A DNA stretch of 64,000 nt, from the NCBI GenBank assembly GCA_973851085.1, contig OZ316775.1:9548001-9612000 (forward strand), in the 5' to 3' direction. The notes below the pieces were generated by a model. The model saw nothing but the letters and a program-made list of their open reading frames with translations, was not told where the DNA came from and did not search any database. This document shows, in pieces, positions 13,312-26,285 of this stretch. How positions within the stretch are numbered: position 1 is the stretch's first letter; each line of letters starts with the position of its first letter. This stretch comes from Ptychomitrium polyphyllum (lineage: Eukaryota). The translations under genes and the position numbers were made by a program.

Positions 13312-16300
13312 TAACCTCAACCTGGTAATACTACCTGGAAACTTATTTGATTTGCGATTGCACACTTGAAGCACCGAGAAGTACTGTCGACCTGTAGAAA
13401 CGAAGGACCAAGAGCTGTGGAGATGATTTAAACAATGACAATGGTAACACCAAAACTCTACGCACTAGCAGCTCCGGTGGGGCAGCCTTCCAAATGCAAG
13501 ACTGAACACGAAGGTGTGTGTATGTTCGCGCGGCTAATGTAGCGCGAGGTGAGCCTTTAAAAAGCATGCTCGAGGTGAGGCCGCGAATTGAAAGGGCGCG
13601 TTCGTTGGCATGGCTAATTGTATTGCAGAAACAGGTGGCGAGAACACGGGGGCCATGTCTCGTGGTGAGGCGCCCCTGAAAATATGTGGACCATGCTCAC
13701 TTCGGCGCGGTGCGGCATTGATGCCGACCGGGCGGAATGGTACCCAAGTACCCAGCTCTTTCTCTCTCGCTCAGAAACACGTTGCCTCCCGATGAGCATC
13801 GAACCCTGCTCTGCAATATTCCCATGCATCTGGAACCTGATTCGTCTTTGCAACTTGACACGAACAGGAAGTACTCGTTGCTTTCTTACTGCGGTTTAAA
13901 TGTGGCAGTTTCCCGGATTTCTGTTACTCGAAGAGCCAGCAGCCATGGCCAATTATGTTCGGGGTCTTACTCAATCTTACTTACTTTTTCCTCCTGGATA
14001 TCTTCTTCGACCTGGGCAGCCCTCAGCAATATATAATACGAATTTTTATTCCCGGATTCGGCCCCGGCACATGTACAGTCATTTTTTAAACAACTTCGCC
14101 GGATGATAGGGGCCTGAGAATAGTGGCTCTACAGTCAAGGAGCTATTTTCGAGAACAGCTGAGGGGCGCACCCGCATGGACACTAGATCGAACTGCGCTG
14201 GACTTTCGACGCCCATTTTAGAGAATCATGCCCATGATGCTGCCTGGCTACTTGAGCATACTATCTGTGCTTCGTAAAAGCATGAATCATACATAAAGCC
14301 GCTGCGATTACTCAAGACCACCAATATCTACTAGAGGCATAGATTCGATTAGCTGAAGTCTACAGAATGCATTAGAGTTGACGGTTTTGGGTGCAGTGAC
14401 GGTTGTAGTGTGTGCAACCCTCACAGTGAGGTTTATAACATTGGCTATGGAAGGGAGCGTGATTGCATTGGGCAGTGCCGGGGAGCAGCGGGGCTCTGAG
14501 CAGGCGTGGTGAATGTGGGAGTGCCGTGAGCGCGGGTGGTGATGGCGAAGGCCATGGGTAGCTAGCGGTGCCAAGCACCATGAGGTTGCGGAGGGTGTGG
14601 GCTGCGAGAGGGACGCCGCGCCCGAGAGCAACTGGACTGATCAGAACATCCTTCACCTTATCGAAGATACTCCAAAACATTTTCATGCATATTCAAAGGT
14701 GGTGATACTTAGATCCGGTTGATACTTGGGTGATATGTTGGAATTACACATTGATGCATGGGTCGTGCATATGTATTGGTAAAAACACTAGTGTGCATGG
14801 ATAGTGGATTCTAAATCCTACAATGAATAATCTTATAGATTTACATGAAGGAGATTTTTTTCTTTAATAGTATGTAGGTGAGATTCTTTTCTTTGGTGGT
14901 AGTAGAGGGGATATTTTGTTCTAGTGGCATTTAAATGTTATTCAAGTAATATTGAGCTGGTATCATTGGAAGAATGTAGCTAGATTTGAATAATTATTTT
15001 AAAAATGGACATTATTACAATGTTATGGATTGTTTGTTGAAACTCTGGATTGAACAAATCATTGAAGAAATAATTATATGGAAACTTTGCCACTATTACA
15101 ATATATTAAATATGGAAAAAACATTGCATTTCAAAATTTTATTATATACTAATTAATTGTTGATTACAACGGTGCATTACATATTATCGTTGAATCTTAG
15201 ACATCGCTAATATATTTTTTGATAAATTAAAAGTTCCAAATTGCCCTTGTACATGCACTTAGTATTATACATTTTATGTAATAATTGCAAAGAATCATGT
15301 AAGGTTATAGTAATGCAAAAAGAACCATGTAAAATTATTATAGCCTTACTATTGCTATTTTAATGTCAAATTTTGTTATTAAACTTACTTCAAAATTTTA
15401 AAAAAAATTTAATTTTAAAAAGCTTAATGAGTATTGAACTTCAAATTTACAAAGACGTGACTTTTTTCCAATGGAATTTTGGCTTCAAATTTTGAGTATC
15501 ACCTTCATTTGATTGAAGATGCTTAAACTTTGACAACATTTATGCATTGAGATGAATGCAACTTCTCATAAACTTGGCATTTAGAATTCACTAAATTTTT
15601 TGGATTTAATGAAATTTGTGTTATTCATAATATTTTGGTTAGGAGGTAAGAAGAAACCTATTTTACAAAGTGTCTAATTGAGTGGAGCCCTCTGATTAAC
15701 AAACAAGTCGAATTATGGGCACTTCACTTTGAATGAAACAACCTTAACATTATGAACCATAACCAGCTCGCCATTTCCACAGGTAACCAGTTACTTACTT
15801 CACATAAGCAAATGCTAGTGCAAACACCCTATGACACAAAGAGCCTATGATGGGAGATTATTGTCCACACTTTCCAATTAGAATCTGTACGATTACCAGC
15901 TGATCAGGCACTTGTCTCATGAAATGGACTTTGAAAATTGTACCATACAATTAGCATACTTGTGTAATGTGCTTCTTTTACTTCCACGTCTCCCTCTATG
16001 ATTCGGATGTGTTGCTAATCAAAGTGGTACAAGTGCCGTTGTGGTCCCTTTGGTGCACTTGCTGCAGGAAAGTCTTCTGTGATGATCTACTCAAGTTGAG
16101 GACTCTTCTTCCTCGCTTTGCTGAATGTTCTGCACACCTCCATGGCATGTAAACACAATATCATGAAATGCTTGCATCGCTGTAATGAGAAGCCAAAGGC
16201 TTTGATAACTTTGGAGTTTACTTTAATACGTGTTTGAACAATGTGTTTTGCTTCAATAATTTTTACAAACTTAAATGGGTTCTTGAGTGGGTTCGGATTA

Positions 16301-17569
16301 CTGATCCAGTTACCCGTCCCTGGAATCCAGAATAGATGTACATTACATTTGCCTGATGGATATCATTTAAGTAAATAATAAATAAATTCAAATTGATATA
16401 AGTGTTTACTTTAAGCAAAGTGGTATAACAATTTGATTATGTTGCACACATGTACTTGGGCTCCAACCCAAGAACACAAGTGGTTCCTTGTTTGAAGGAT
16501 GAAACCATTTCAAGTAGATGCTCCCTATTAAAATATGGAGCTTTATGTTGATTCTTGCCAAAGGTTTAAGTACAAACTTGAATACAAAAGAAGGCCCTGT
16601 CGTGTAGAAAATATGGGAATTATAATAATGAAAAACATTACCACACCTTTAAAAACATATTAAAAAGATTCAAATCCTAAAACTTATTTTATTCTTGTAA
16701 GTTTTTTAAATTGATATACTTTTAATTTTGAAGATTTTGGAACTAAGGTTTGTATTTAATCTTTTAGTTCATAACTTTCTTGTGGTTGGAAGAAATGAAT
16801 TTTCTTAAAGTCTTTGGAAACACTACCATAGTCATGTAACGTGTTTGTCCCATTAAGAAAATATTTAATTAATATTTTTGATGAAATAAAGTTCATTCTT
16901 CAAAAGCTTAAATTTTCAATTTTTTCATAAAAGTTTAAATGATTAAAAATGATCTCCAATGAATTAAAACCTTCAATTTGCTTAGTGTAAAATTGCAAAA
17001 TCAAGTATACATTCATATGAGATTATTATACCAAAAAATTTATATTTCTAAAATAATGTAATAATACAAAGACATCTATATTATAAAGTAAAAAAAAATT
17101 AACTTAATTATTATTTAAGGTGTATTTTAAAAGTATCTTCACCTTGCTCTCAAAAAATCTTGTTTATTTTATAAAAAATGAAAAGTTTGATATTTTGAGG
17201 ATAAAGAATATCTTGATTTTAAATCTAAATTTTTCAATTATTTTCTGTAGTTCTACAACTATAATGTATCAATGTTTTTTTTGTCAATATGAATTTTAGA
17301 AATTATTTGGACTTTAGCCTTTTGTTTCTTAATGTAAATAAATCTTAATGCCTATCACAATTAAAGTATTTTATTTTATAGTAGGGCAAAGCCTATTTAT
17401 TGAAAATATTTTAGAAAAAAATATAAAATAAGGCTGTAAGTGCCTATTTAATTCAAAGTAAACATTTTCACATGCTTATGAATAGAAGTTTGATGTAATA
17501 ATACTAAGTAATATTTTCACTCAACTACACTAAACTTATGTTGTCTGTTTTTTTGTGCTTTTGTGCATT

Positions 17570-18060
17570 GCTTATAATTCTATACAAGTTATGAATATAT
17601 CATACATTCCTTTTATTTGATTTCTTTTATCTATACTTTCTACATAAATATAGAAAATAACAACTTTAACATGAAAGCAATAAAGTACCCATAAAAAGGC
17701 CCTTATGCATCTTGTGATTTCATTTGTTGTAAGATTGATTAAGTTTTGTTGTAACATAACCCATAATTTAATTTTTAAAATATTTGCATTGCTAATAAGT
17801 TGTAATTTATAGCTGACCATGTGCATTCTTCATGAATTCTACCATAATGTCTTCTGTCTTGTTGCCTTGTGAATCAAAACCTTTGTATCTTATATCATTG
17901 AATGATCATATTTAATTTTGAAAATTGTAACAACGTGTGCAACATGAAATGTAAGAACCTGAGCGGTACAAAATGTCTTTTAAATCTTGGCATGAACAAA
18001 GTATCCAGAAGATTTTACACTTGAGAGCTTTTTGATCAACCAAACTCTTTCTCAACAAAA
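17570..18060 (-). mobile_element. Possible decayed CACTA (En/Spm) transposase fragment
   Basis: Minus-strand frames give KCKIFWILCS.QDL and MKSQD/HKGLFMGTLL. These resemble, in the right order, the Tnp2 motifs K.SIFW.LPYW.DL and LKSHD.H.LMQ.LLP, but are broken by frameshifts and stops. Confidence 0.3.
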
Positions 18061-18140
18061 AGCATTACTTCTTGTATATATGAAATCAAATATTTGAATA
18101 TACCAACTGCTTTAATAAGTTATAATTATGTGAGGAGTAT

Positions 18141-18224
18141 ATTGTGAAGTCTATTGTGAAGTCTATTGTGAAGTCTATTGTGAAGTCTATTGTGAAGTCT
18201 ATTGTGAAGTCTATTGTGAAGTAT
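18141..18224. repeat. 12-bp minisatellite (attgtgaagtct) x7
   Basis: Six perfect units plus one with a single mismatch, read directly. Confidence 0.95.
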
Positions 18225-21200
18225 ATTGGGCATAATAGTTTTTGAGGTCTTCTTTGGAGGTGAGAAGTTTCTATTGTGTATTTTCATGAGAAAGTTTTAA
18301 CAAGCAATAATAGGAGCTTTGAAATCTTGTGATATGTTTTCTACCTGGTATTAATCATTATACAAAGTGGACTGAAACAAGAACCAAAATGTTATGGGGA
18401 TATAATAATTGACTCCAACCATTGTATTACAAATTATACTAAATTACACGTCCTAAATTCCTAAGGTCTTCTTAAAAATTGAGTTCAAATTAAAAACTTA
18501 TTTATGTTTTCTTTTTCATGTTTTTTTAATAAAATATTTTACATGTTTATTTCAAGTGAAATGGTTATTTATAATACTAATGTAAAAATTAAAGACTAAG
18601 ACAAATCTAAAATAATATCTAGTAAAGAAGAAAGTTTTCAATAGAAAGAAATGCACAAGGATAGAATTCACACGCTTTTAAACTAAAATACAAAAAGTAT
18701 TAAGTTTCAAGTTTTTTCTTTTAAAAAGAAAACTTACAATAAAAAATACTCTTCAATAAGTTTGCATTTTAATGCATAACAAAGCTGCTACCACTAATAG
18801 ACCAATGGGTAATGGAATTACAGAAATAGTATACGTAATTATTATTTTTAATTAAAATTAAAGTAAAAAAAAAATAAAGCCTTATTTTCTTGATTTATCA
18901 AAAAAATTTAAAAAATAAAAAAATTACACATTAGAACGCCTTATTAAAAAAAATCTTGTTTATAGAATTTCTCAAAAGTGGTATGGAACTAATAGCTAGT
19001 TCTAATCCAAATTTATTTTCTAAAAAATTGATAAATTGCTTAAGGATTGAAGAAACTGCCTCTCTCTTATAAACATTTTATTTATTTATTATTTTTATTC
19101 TTTGATTGTATGCAACTTTACTTTTTCAATTGCATGCATGAAGATTTTTGTTATTTATCATGGACTAAAATCAAATCTATTCTAAAATCCTTTCTTGTAA
19201 TGTAATTTCAAATTTTACTATAAATTCTAAATATAATATAAATTAACTCATAGATAAAATGATATCCTAGCATATTTACAAGGCTATAATATTAAAATAA
19301 TAAAAAGTCTTTTATTATAAGATTTTAAAAATAAGACAATATTTTGAAATTATCCTCAATAAAAGGAGTTTAGTATGATATTTAAAGAATTGAAATTAAG
19401 GTTATAAGTTAAAGTTTTATAGAATTGCCACACTATTAGAAGCTTTATATTATAAATAGAAACAATCTTAGATACTAGGGTCATTATTGGTTGTGAGCTA
19501 CAAAGTTGAAAGTTTGAAATTTCATTTTAACAAAATGAGTATAGATTTTTTTTAATTCAAAGGACCTTAAATATATAAAAAGGTAAAACATTTGTTATAA
19601 AGGTGACATCCCTTCCATCATCCTACATAACAACTAAGCTATAATATCAAAAAACAATCTAATAATACTATGAATTAGTTCATTAATTATAAATACTTCA
19701 TTCAATTATTTTATCTAAAATCAAATATTTATCCAATTTGTAAATTTTATTTAATTTTAATTATTCAATTTAATCATACAAAATTGCCTACAAAATCAAA
19801 TATTTGATAATACTTTAGCTTATATCTTTATTAAATACACATGTACAATGGCTTTGAAATTAGTGTGCATCCACATTGTTTCAAATGTTATGGATAATGT
19901 ATGCAATTAGAAGTTACAATGGTTCATAATAAAAAAAAAACTCTTTTTTTATTTCTTATATTATTAATAGGAATACTTTTTCCAAAATAAATTTAAGTGG
20001 AAACACAAAGCACAATATATATAAAATATTTGTGCATGTATATTAAGAAAAGTGCATTAAAAATCATTAATGAATTTCTAACTTAAATATATACTTATTA
20101 ATTAAAATTATCACTTGAAAAAATACACAATTCTTTGTGAAATTCTAAGTTTTTTCATTTTTATTTGAAAATTCAAGGAATGTTATTTTTGATTTTACAA
20201 TGATATGAAGATAATTACATATTACTATAATAAAAAGGCTAATATATTTTTATAATAACAAATGATGCAAATTCAACATGTTTTGGATTGATATAAAGAA
20301 CATGCAAGGCTTGCATTCAATAAACATTGATGAGGTAATAGAATGATACCTTATTGGTTATAAAAATGACATACATGATTTTTATTCAAGTTATTTTTTA
20401 ATATAAGGTTACAAGTACAAAATCTTAAATAATGATAGAATTTTATATAGTATAATATGAAAAATTTGGTATTGATTATTAAAACTCAATATCATCTATA
20501 TAAATGTTTCTTTTTAGTCACCATAGTTTAATTTAAAAAATAGTGCTTACTAATTTGGAATGTATTCTATTTTGATGCTACACCTATATTATGAAAAACT
20601 AACAAAAAATTTTGGCCATTAAAATACTTTCATTATTAATATCTTCACTTCCAAATAAAATTTTGCAAGTGCAATAAATTTTTTGTTAAAAAATTCTAAA
20701 ACCTCTAATATTTTAACACTCATAATATTGTCAACTATTACCATAAGGTAGTAGTTTTTCTATATTTTGAAAAAACATAGTTATTATCTTTCCTTTTTTT
20801 CCTATTTTTTTCCATCTTAATTTTTAAATTTTTTTTCTTTTTCCTTTAATTGATTTCCTACTTTTCCTTTTATTCTTAAATCTTTGGCATCTATTCTTTT
20901 ATTTTACTTTTCTATTCTTTTTCAACAATGTATTTCATGTAATCTTTCATTTCATTATTTATGATTTTATAGAGTTAATTTTAAATTAAAAAAATCACTT
21001 GGATTTTTAACATCAATGATTAATCAAAATTCTTAGTTTTATTTCTTATGTATCTATTGTATTTTTTTTGTTTTCCTTTGTTTTCTTTTCCTTTTCTTTA
21101 TCTTTTTCCTTTAAAATGTACAAATATAAGTATATAAATTTAGTCTATGGTTTCAACACAATCTATTTATAATTAACTTTTGTCTTTTTGGACTAATCCT

Positions 21201-23153
21201 CCATGCCAATTTACATGGTTTAAACTTTTCAAACTATAGCATTTTCCCACATGCATGGCAAAACCATTAATCGTGCAGGATAGTGCCCGCCATTTAATCA
21301 CTTTTGCAACTATAAATCCTATGATATTTGAAAGAGCAATAGTGACAATTGAAGATGAATTCTGAATTTTGTTCTTTGTTACTTAGGGCTTCAAAATAAT
21401 AGAGAGAATGTGATATATTGGAGAGTGACAATAACAAGGTTAGAGTGTATACAATTACAGCTCAGATTGTGGAGCCTTTCACTTTCAAAGCTTAACCTTT
21501 AAAAGTGAGAGCACTTGCTTGCAAACTACACTCAAATGAAAAGGATGACCTCTTACGTCAGAGTGGAAGTTTAAAGGTTAATGAAACCACTTGTTGTTGT
21601 AATTAAGCCTGTCAGCATTGATGAGCACTATGAATAACTGCGTGACAAGTTGATCAGGCCAGTTAATCAGGAACTAATAAGTTCTAGTTCTAAATCATCC
21701 ACATATTACAAGATGATACAAATCAAATTAGTCCCTAATTCGCAGCATGTAAGTAAGAGTGTATTTGCATTATGGAAGGCCGAAGGGGCGGTTGTGCAAG
21801 ACAGTCGTGATGAAGAGCGCTTCTAAAATTCCAGCAAGTGCCGAGTGACGTGCTCTTGCTGCAGTTTATGACGATGTTGCAATTTTCAAGAAATAATTGC
21901 TTTTAACCTTGTACGTACATGCAAGACATTAGCAGCATGCGCGACGTTTCAACTTCAGTCCTAGAAACCTGATCGAGTTGTGAACGACAAACTACTCGAG
22001 GATTATAATGGTAGCGACACTGCAGAGTTATAATCAAAAGTATAAAACGACTTTGCTCTAGACTAGCTTCTAAGCAATTAAAATATCTAGTTCATAGACC
22101 ACGTGTGCACCGTCTTTGAAAAGCATCCAGTTTGCCTTGAGATCGCTACAGCAAATTTTTGGCCAATGCTTCATATTGTATCCAATACAGTCATCCCTAC
22201 AGTTGCTGAATTGATTCAATTTGATGAAAAAATCTTTCAGTTGCCCACTAACAGACCTGTATCAAGATTTAATTCTGCCAGCGAAAATAAGAGGTCAAAG
22301 AGTAAAGCGAGGTGCTTCGAAGGGAACCAGGTAAGCGTTTTTATAAGAGAAGTAGATTCTGAATCAGACAATATGCATACGTTGAACCATGTAATTCTTC
22401 ACATCGAAGACTCAGCAGTTCTGTCAACAGTGACAGCGCCGCCATCCAGCTGACGCAACGCGACAGGTACTCTGTCCTTCGCACCGGCCGTTTGTTTGTA
22501 AAAGATATTTATTTTGTGAGCATCTTCACGGACTCAGACGTGGACGAAATCCGTTTGGTCCAGGTGGTCTGGATCGAGTAGTGTGAGTTGCAACTTGCAA
22601 ATTGCAACTACTATTGAAACGTCGTGAGGAAACTTCTCTGCATCAATTGACTTTCTAGACGAATGCCACAGCTCAGATCATATTTGAATTTAGCCTTGGT
22701 CTTGAAAGTCATTGACAGACCGAATACCTTATTAAAATATATATCACGTTCAAATATTGCTGGTAGCGTGACGTAAGCCGTGGTTACCGTATGAATTGAC
22801 CATGCTCATAGACAAAAACAGTGCAACTTGACGGAAGTAAAGTTGCTTGAAATGTAGGTGGACTTTGAGGAGTCATCCTAGCTTTACGTCCAGTCCGAGA
22901 TCCATGCGCTGCCAAAAGCAGGTATTCACGTAAAGAAGATTTCTAGTACTTGTGAATGTTTTTAGGGGTGATGTTTCTCAATACATGAGCTCTCTGGCTC
23001 TCTGCATTACCCAGAGCGTGACTCTTACAATGGATGCTCTTGAAGTGTGTAGTTTATGTTCAAAGCCAAGACAGAGGGACGAGGAAACCTTTGTATGTGT
23101 CTTGAGCTAATTCTCAATTTGATCCCTGTCTGAACATTTTTAAGGCATACCCA

Positions 23154-25186
23154 ATGATTAATTCGGGAGCGGAAATGTCGACATGGCTGTTGGGATTTAT
23201 CATGATGCTAAGCTGTGTCTCAGCTGGTGGATCATCTAAATCCATCAATGATGTTTCTCCCAGGATGGGAGTAAGTGAAGCGTATTCACACCACGATAGT
23301 CCCACCACGCTCTACTCTAGTGACAACTACCTCAAATGCACTTCTGGCGAACAAGTCACTGTGAGCTCCACACAGGAGATCAGCGATCTCATCAAGCTCT
23401 ACACTTCCCGCAAGGAGCCTGTGAAGATTCGTGCCACTCGTCGGGGATTTCACAGCTCGCTCGGCTTCGTGTGCTCTGGAAAACGAGGGAGCAGCCACCC
23501 AGAATATCACGAGTTCGTTGAGCAGGCTGGTCAGACTACCGCCATCACGGTGCTGCTTCACCTCATGAACCGCGTCGTGGCAGTTGATGGTGACAACCAC
23601 CAGCTCACAGTGGAGGCAGGGATGACACTCCGGGACCTCACCCTCGAGGCCGAAGCGAATGACATGTCTGTTCCTGCGGGGGCTTTGTCCATCTACGCGA
23701 ATCTGACGGTGGGGGGCTCAATCATGGCCTCAGCTCATGGATCTGGATATCGAACAACGAGCAGCTTGAGCGATTTGGTGAGGAAGGTGAAGTGGGTAAA
23801 TGCAAAGGGGGAGATTGTTCTTAGCGACCTGCAAACTGAGCATGGAGCGAAAGAGGTGAGAGCTATGGTCGAAGGATTAGGCTTGCTAGGGATTGTCACA
23901 GAGCTTACTCTTCAACTGCAAGCGAATTCTCGGACGATTGTCGAAGTTCGAAAGGACTTGAAGGATACCAACATCGTGGCTGAGCTGAAGAAAATGCTGG
24001 AGCACGAAACGCCCCACGTCACCGCATTTTGGAGACCCGATTTTGGAACGTTCAAAGCAGTGCTGTGGAAGCAGGTGGAGGAGGATCTATTTCATCAGCC
24101 CACAATGCCGGAATTCTATCCAAACGGGAGTATTGCATTGATAAATCCATTTGAGAAGCAGGCTGCGATCTCTGTGAAGGAGCTTATGGCTGCTTGGGAG
24201 GACGACCCAAAGGATGAGTCGTCCTCTGCCGATGTGCTGAATACAGGTTAGCAACGATCCACCATAGCCCATGTGGACATTGATCCTAGCCAGTTTCGCC
24301 ATTTAAAATTGATGTAATTGTTTTGATCTCCCATTGTCAGGCTTCTGAAATTACTAATGTCTGTTCATTGACAGATGTTTGCAACATGGGAAAAGCTATA
24401 CTTGGCAGTTCGTTATTCCACGATGGCAACGGAAACCTAGTTGATCAAGCCACTATTCCGACCAATTATGCGATGGTGTCAGCCGATTGTACTCCTAAGT
24501 GCAGCTTCGACGTTCACTACATGGGTACGTTCACGGACGACACGGAGTTCACCATCAAGCTGGCCCTGTTTGAAGACTGGGTTAAGGATGTGAAAAGGAT
24601 AGTCCAAACAGAGCTCGCCGAAGCCGACGCGCGCCTTAGAAAGCGCTTTGGCGAAGGCAAGGTCAAGCGTTGCTTGCCGCCGGGAATCTTTGTGCTCCGA
24701 TTCGGCCAAGGTAACCAGAACCTGCTGTCTACAAGCACCGGCTCTGAAGACGTCGTCCACTTGCAGCTGACATTCATGCACTCAGCCATGGTACCCAACA
24801 AGCTATCCAAAATGTCTACAATCATGGAGACGATCGAGCAGCTGACTCTGTGCAAGTACAAGGGCCGGCCGCACTGGGGCAAGAATCACGAGCGTACCAT
24901 CCGCCACCCGAAGTGCAAAGTGCGAGAGAATTTCCCAGCTACGAACATAGAAAAGCTCTTGGAGATGCAACAGCAACATGACCCCTTGAAGGTTTTTGAG
25001 CCTGAGCTTTTCAGGCAGCTGTTGCAGAAGAGTGGCCCCGAGTATCCTCCGCTGTGCACTCCTCACTACTTGTGCTATTGCGCAGCCGACTGGCACTGCC
25101 CCAAAGACTTTCAGTGCCGCGCTTCGGCCAGCTTCGCAGAGTACAAGATTTGCAGATTGGTGGAGCCAACCCATGTGGAGCTGTGA
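23154..25186 (+). CDS. L-gulonolactone oxidase / D-arabinono-1,4-lactone oxidase-like FAD oxidoreductase, GULLO family (exons 23154-24246, 24375-25186)
   Basis: N-terminal hydrophobic signal; FAD_binding_4 motifs (RATRRGFHSS, VEAGMTL, LTVGGSIMASAHGS, GLLGIVTELTL); C-terminal GRPHWGKN; Cys-rich tail typical of plant GULLO. Phase-1 GT-AG intron. Confidence 0.9.
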
Positions 25187-26285
25187 CAAAACACTAATGT
25201 TTTGGGCACATATGCGTCAGCCATCACATTGCAAAGTCAATTGACCTCTATATATGTACTATCATAATATTGTTCAGATTCTGTGGTATGTGTACCTTGT
25301 CCTGGCACTCTATAGTGACTTCGTTCAGATGTCAGGCACAATCGAAGGGGATAGCTCTCCTGATACTTCAATTAAATTTGCTGGAAACAGAACGGTAATA
25401 TTAATGGTCCCAAACGTAGAACTAACGACATGTGACCGTTGTTGATAGAAGCTCCACGATTGCTTGCTAGGGCTTAAGTATGTTGGATTTTCGTGAAAAG
25501 CCAACTGAACCAGTTCACTGCGTTGCAAACATCATCGCCGTGATATGAATTCACGGCATTTCTGGAAACTTCTGTCAAGAGCCTCGGTGATTCTTGGGTT
25601 AGAAGCGATATTACGAACTCCATAACGCGCTAACATACAGCTGATTCTTAAGCTATGTTCAGAAGTAACCAGTGAAATTCAAGCTTGCGAAATTTTCCGG
25701 CTCTAGCAACATTCCCTCGCTTCCTCGCAAATTTTCTTCGAGTGATATTGTCCCATCGAGTATGGCATTCCACAAAAGAGTGCTCAACAGGTTTGAGGTC
25801 AAGCGAGGAATGTTTGCCTGCAATTTCTATTCAAAAACCCACACCCTCGTAAATTGTTGTTTTTGCCTTGAACTCTCCTCTGACACATGTACAATCCAAG
25901 TAACTTGAGGATTGTATGCAAGAACTGGATGAGATCCTTCAATGCCTTACTCAACCTCACCAACCAACTAGTCCCTTGAAATGCTTCCAATCTATGTAAA
26001 ATCTATCAGAGAACCGCTGCCTAGCTCTCACACAACCATACAAACAGGGATCAAAGATCCTACCGCCGAGGAACTCACGAGGTTTATGATAATACAATGT
26101 CTCACCGAGTTGAGTTGGTTAGGATGACCACAGTACTAGCTTGACCATCAGAAAGATAATAATCAATGTGAGTTCACGATATATTCGAGTTTCTCGAGAT
26201 GCTTAATCTAAACATGATGTTTTGCAGAAGCAATTGGCCGTAGAGCACACAGGGACAGGCTTCTGACGTCGAAATTTTGTCCACT

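Larger units (their letters stand above)
14700..21300. mobile_element. AT-rich block of heavily decayed repeats/transposon debris
   Basis: Abrupt fall in GC, strong CpG depletion and almost no ORFs. Contains a possible CACTA fragment and a minisatellite. Confidence 0.55.

Noticed and set aside
18141..18224. CRISPR array or coding repeat
   Set aside because: Contiguous 12-bp units with no spacers and no surrounding ORF.
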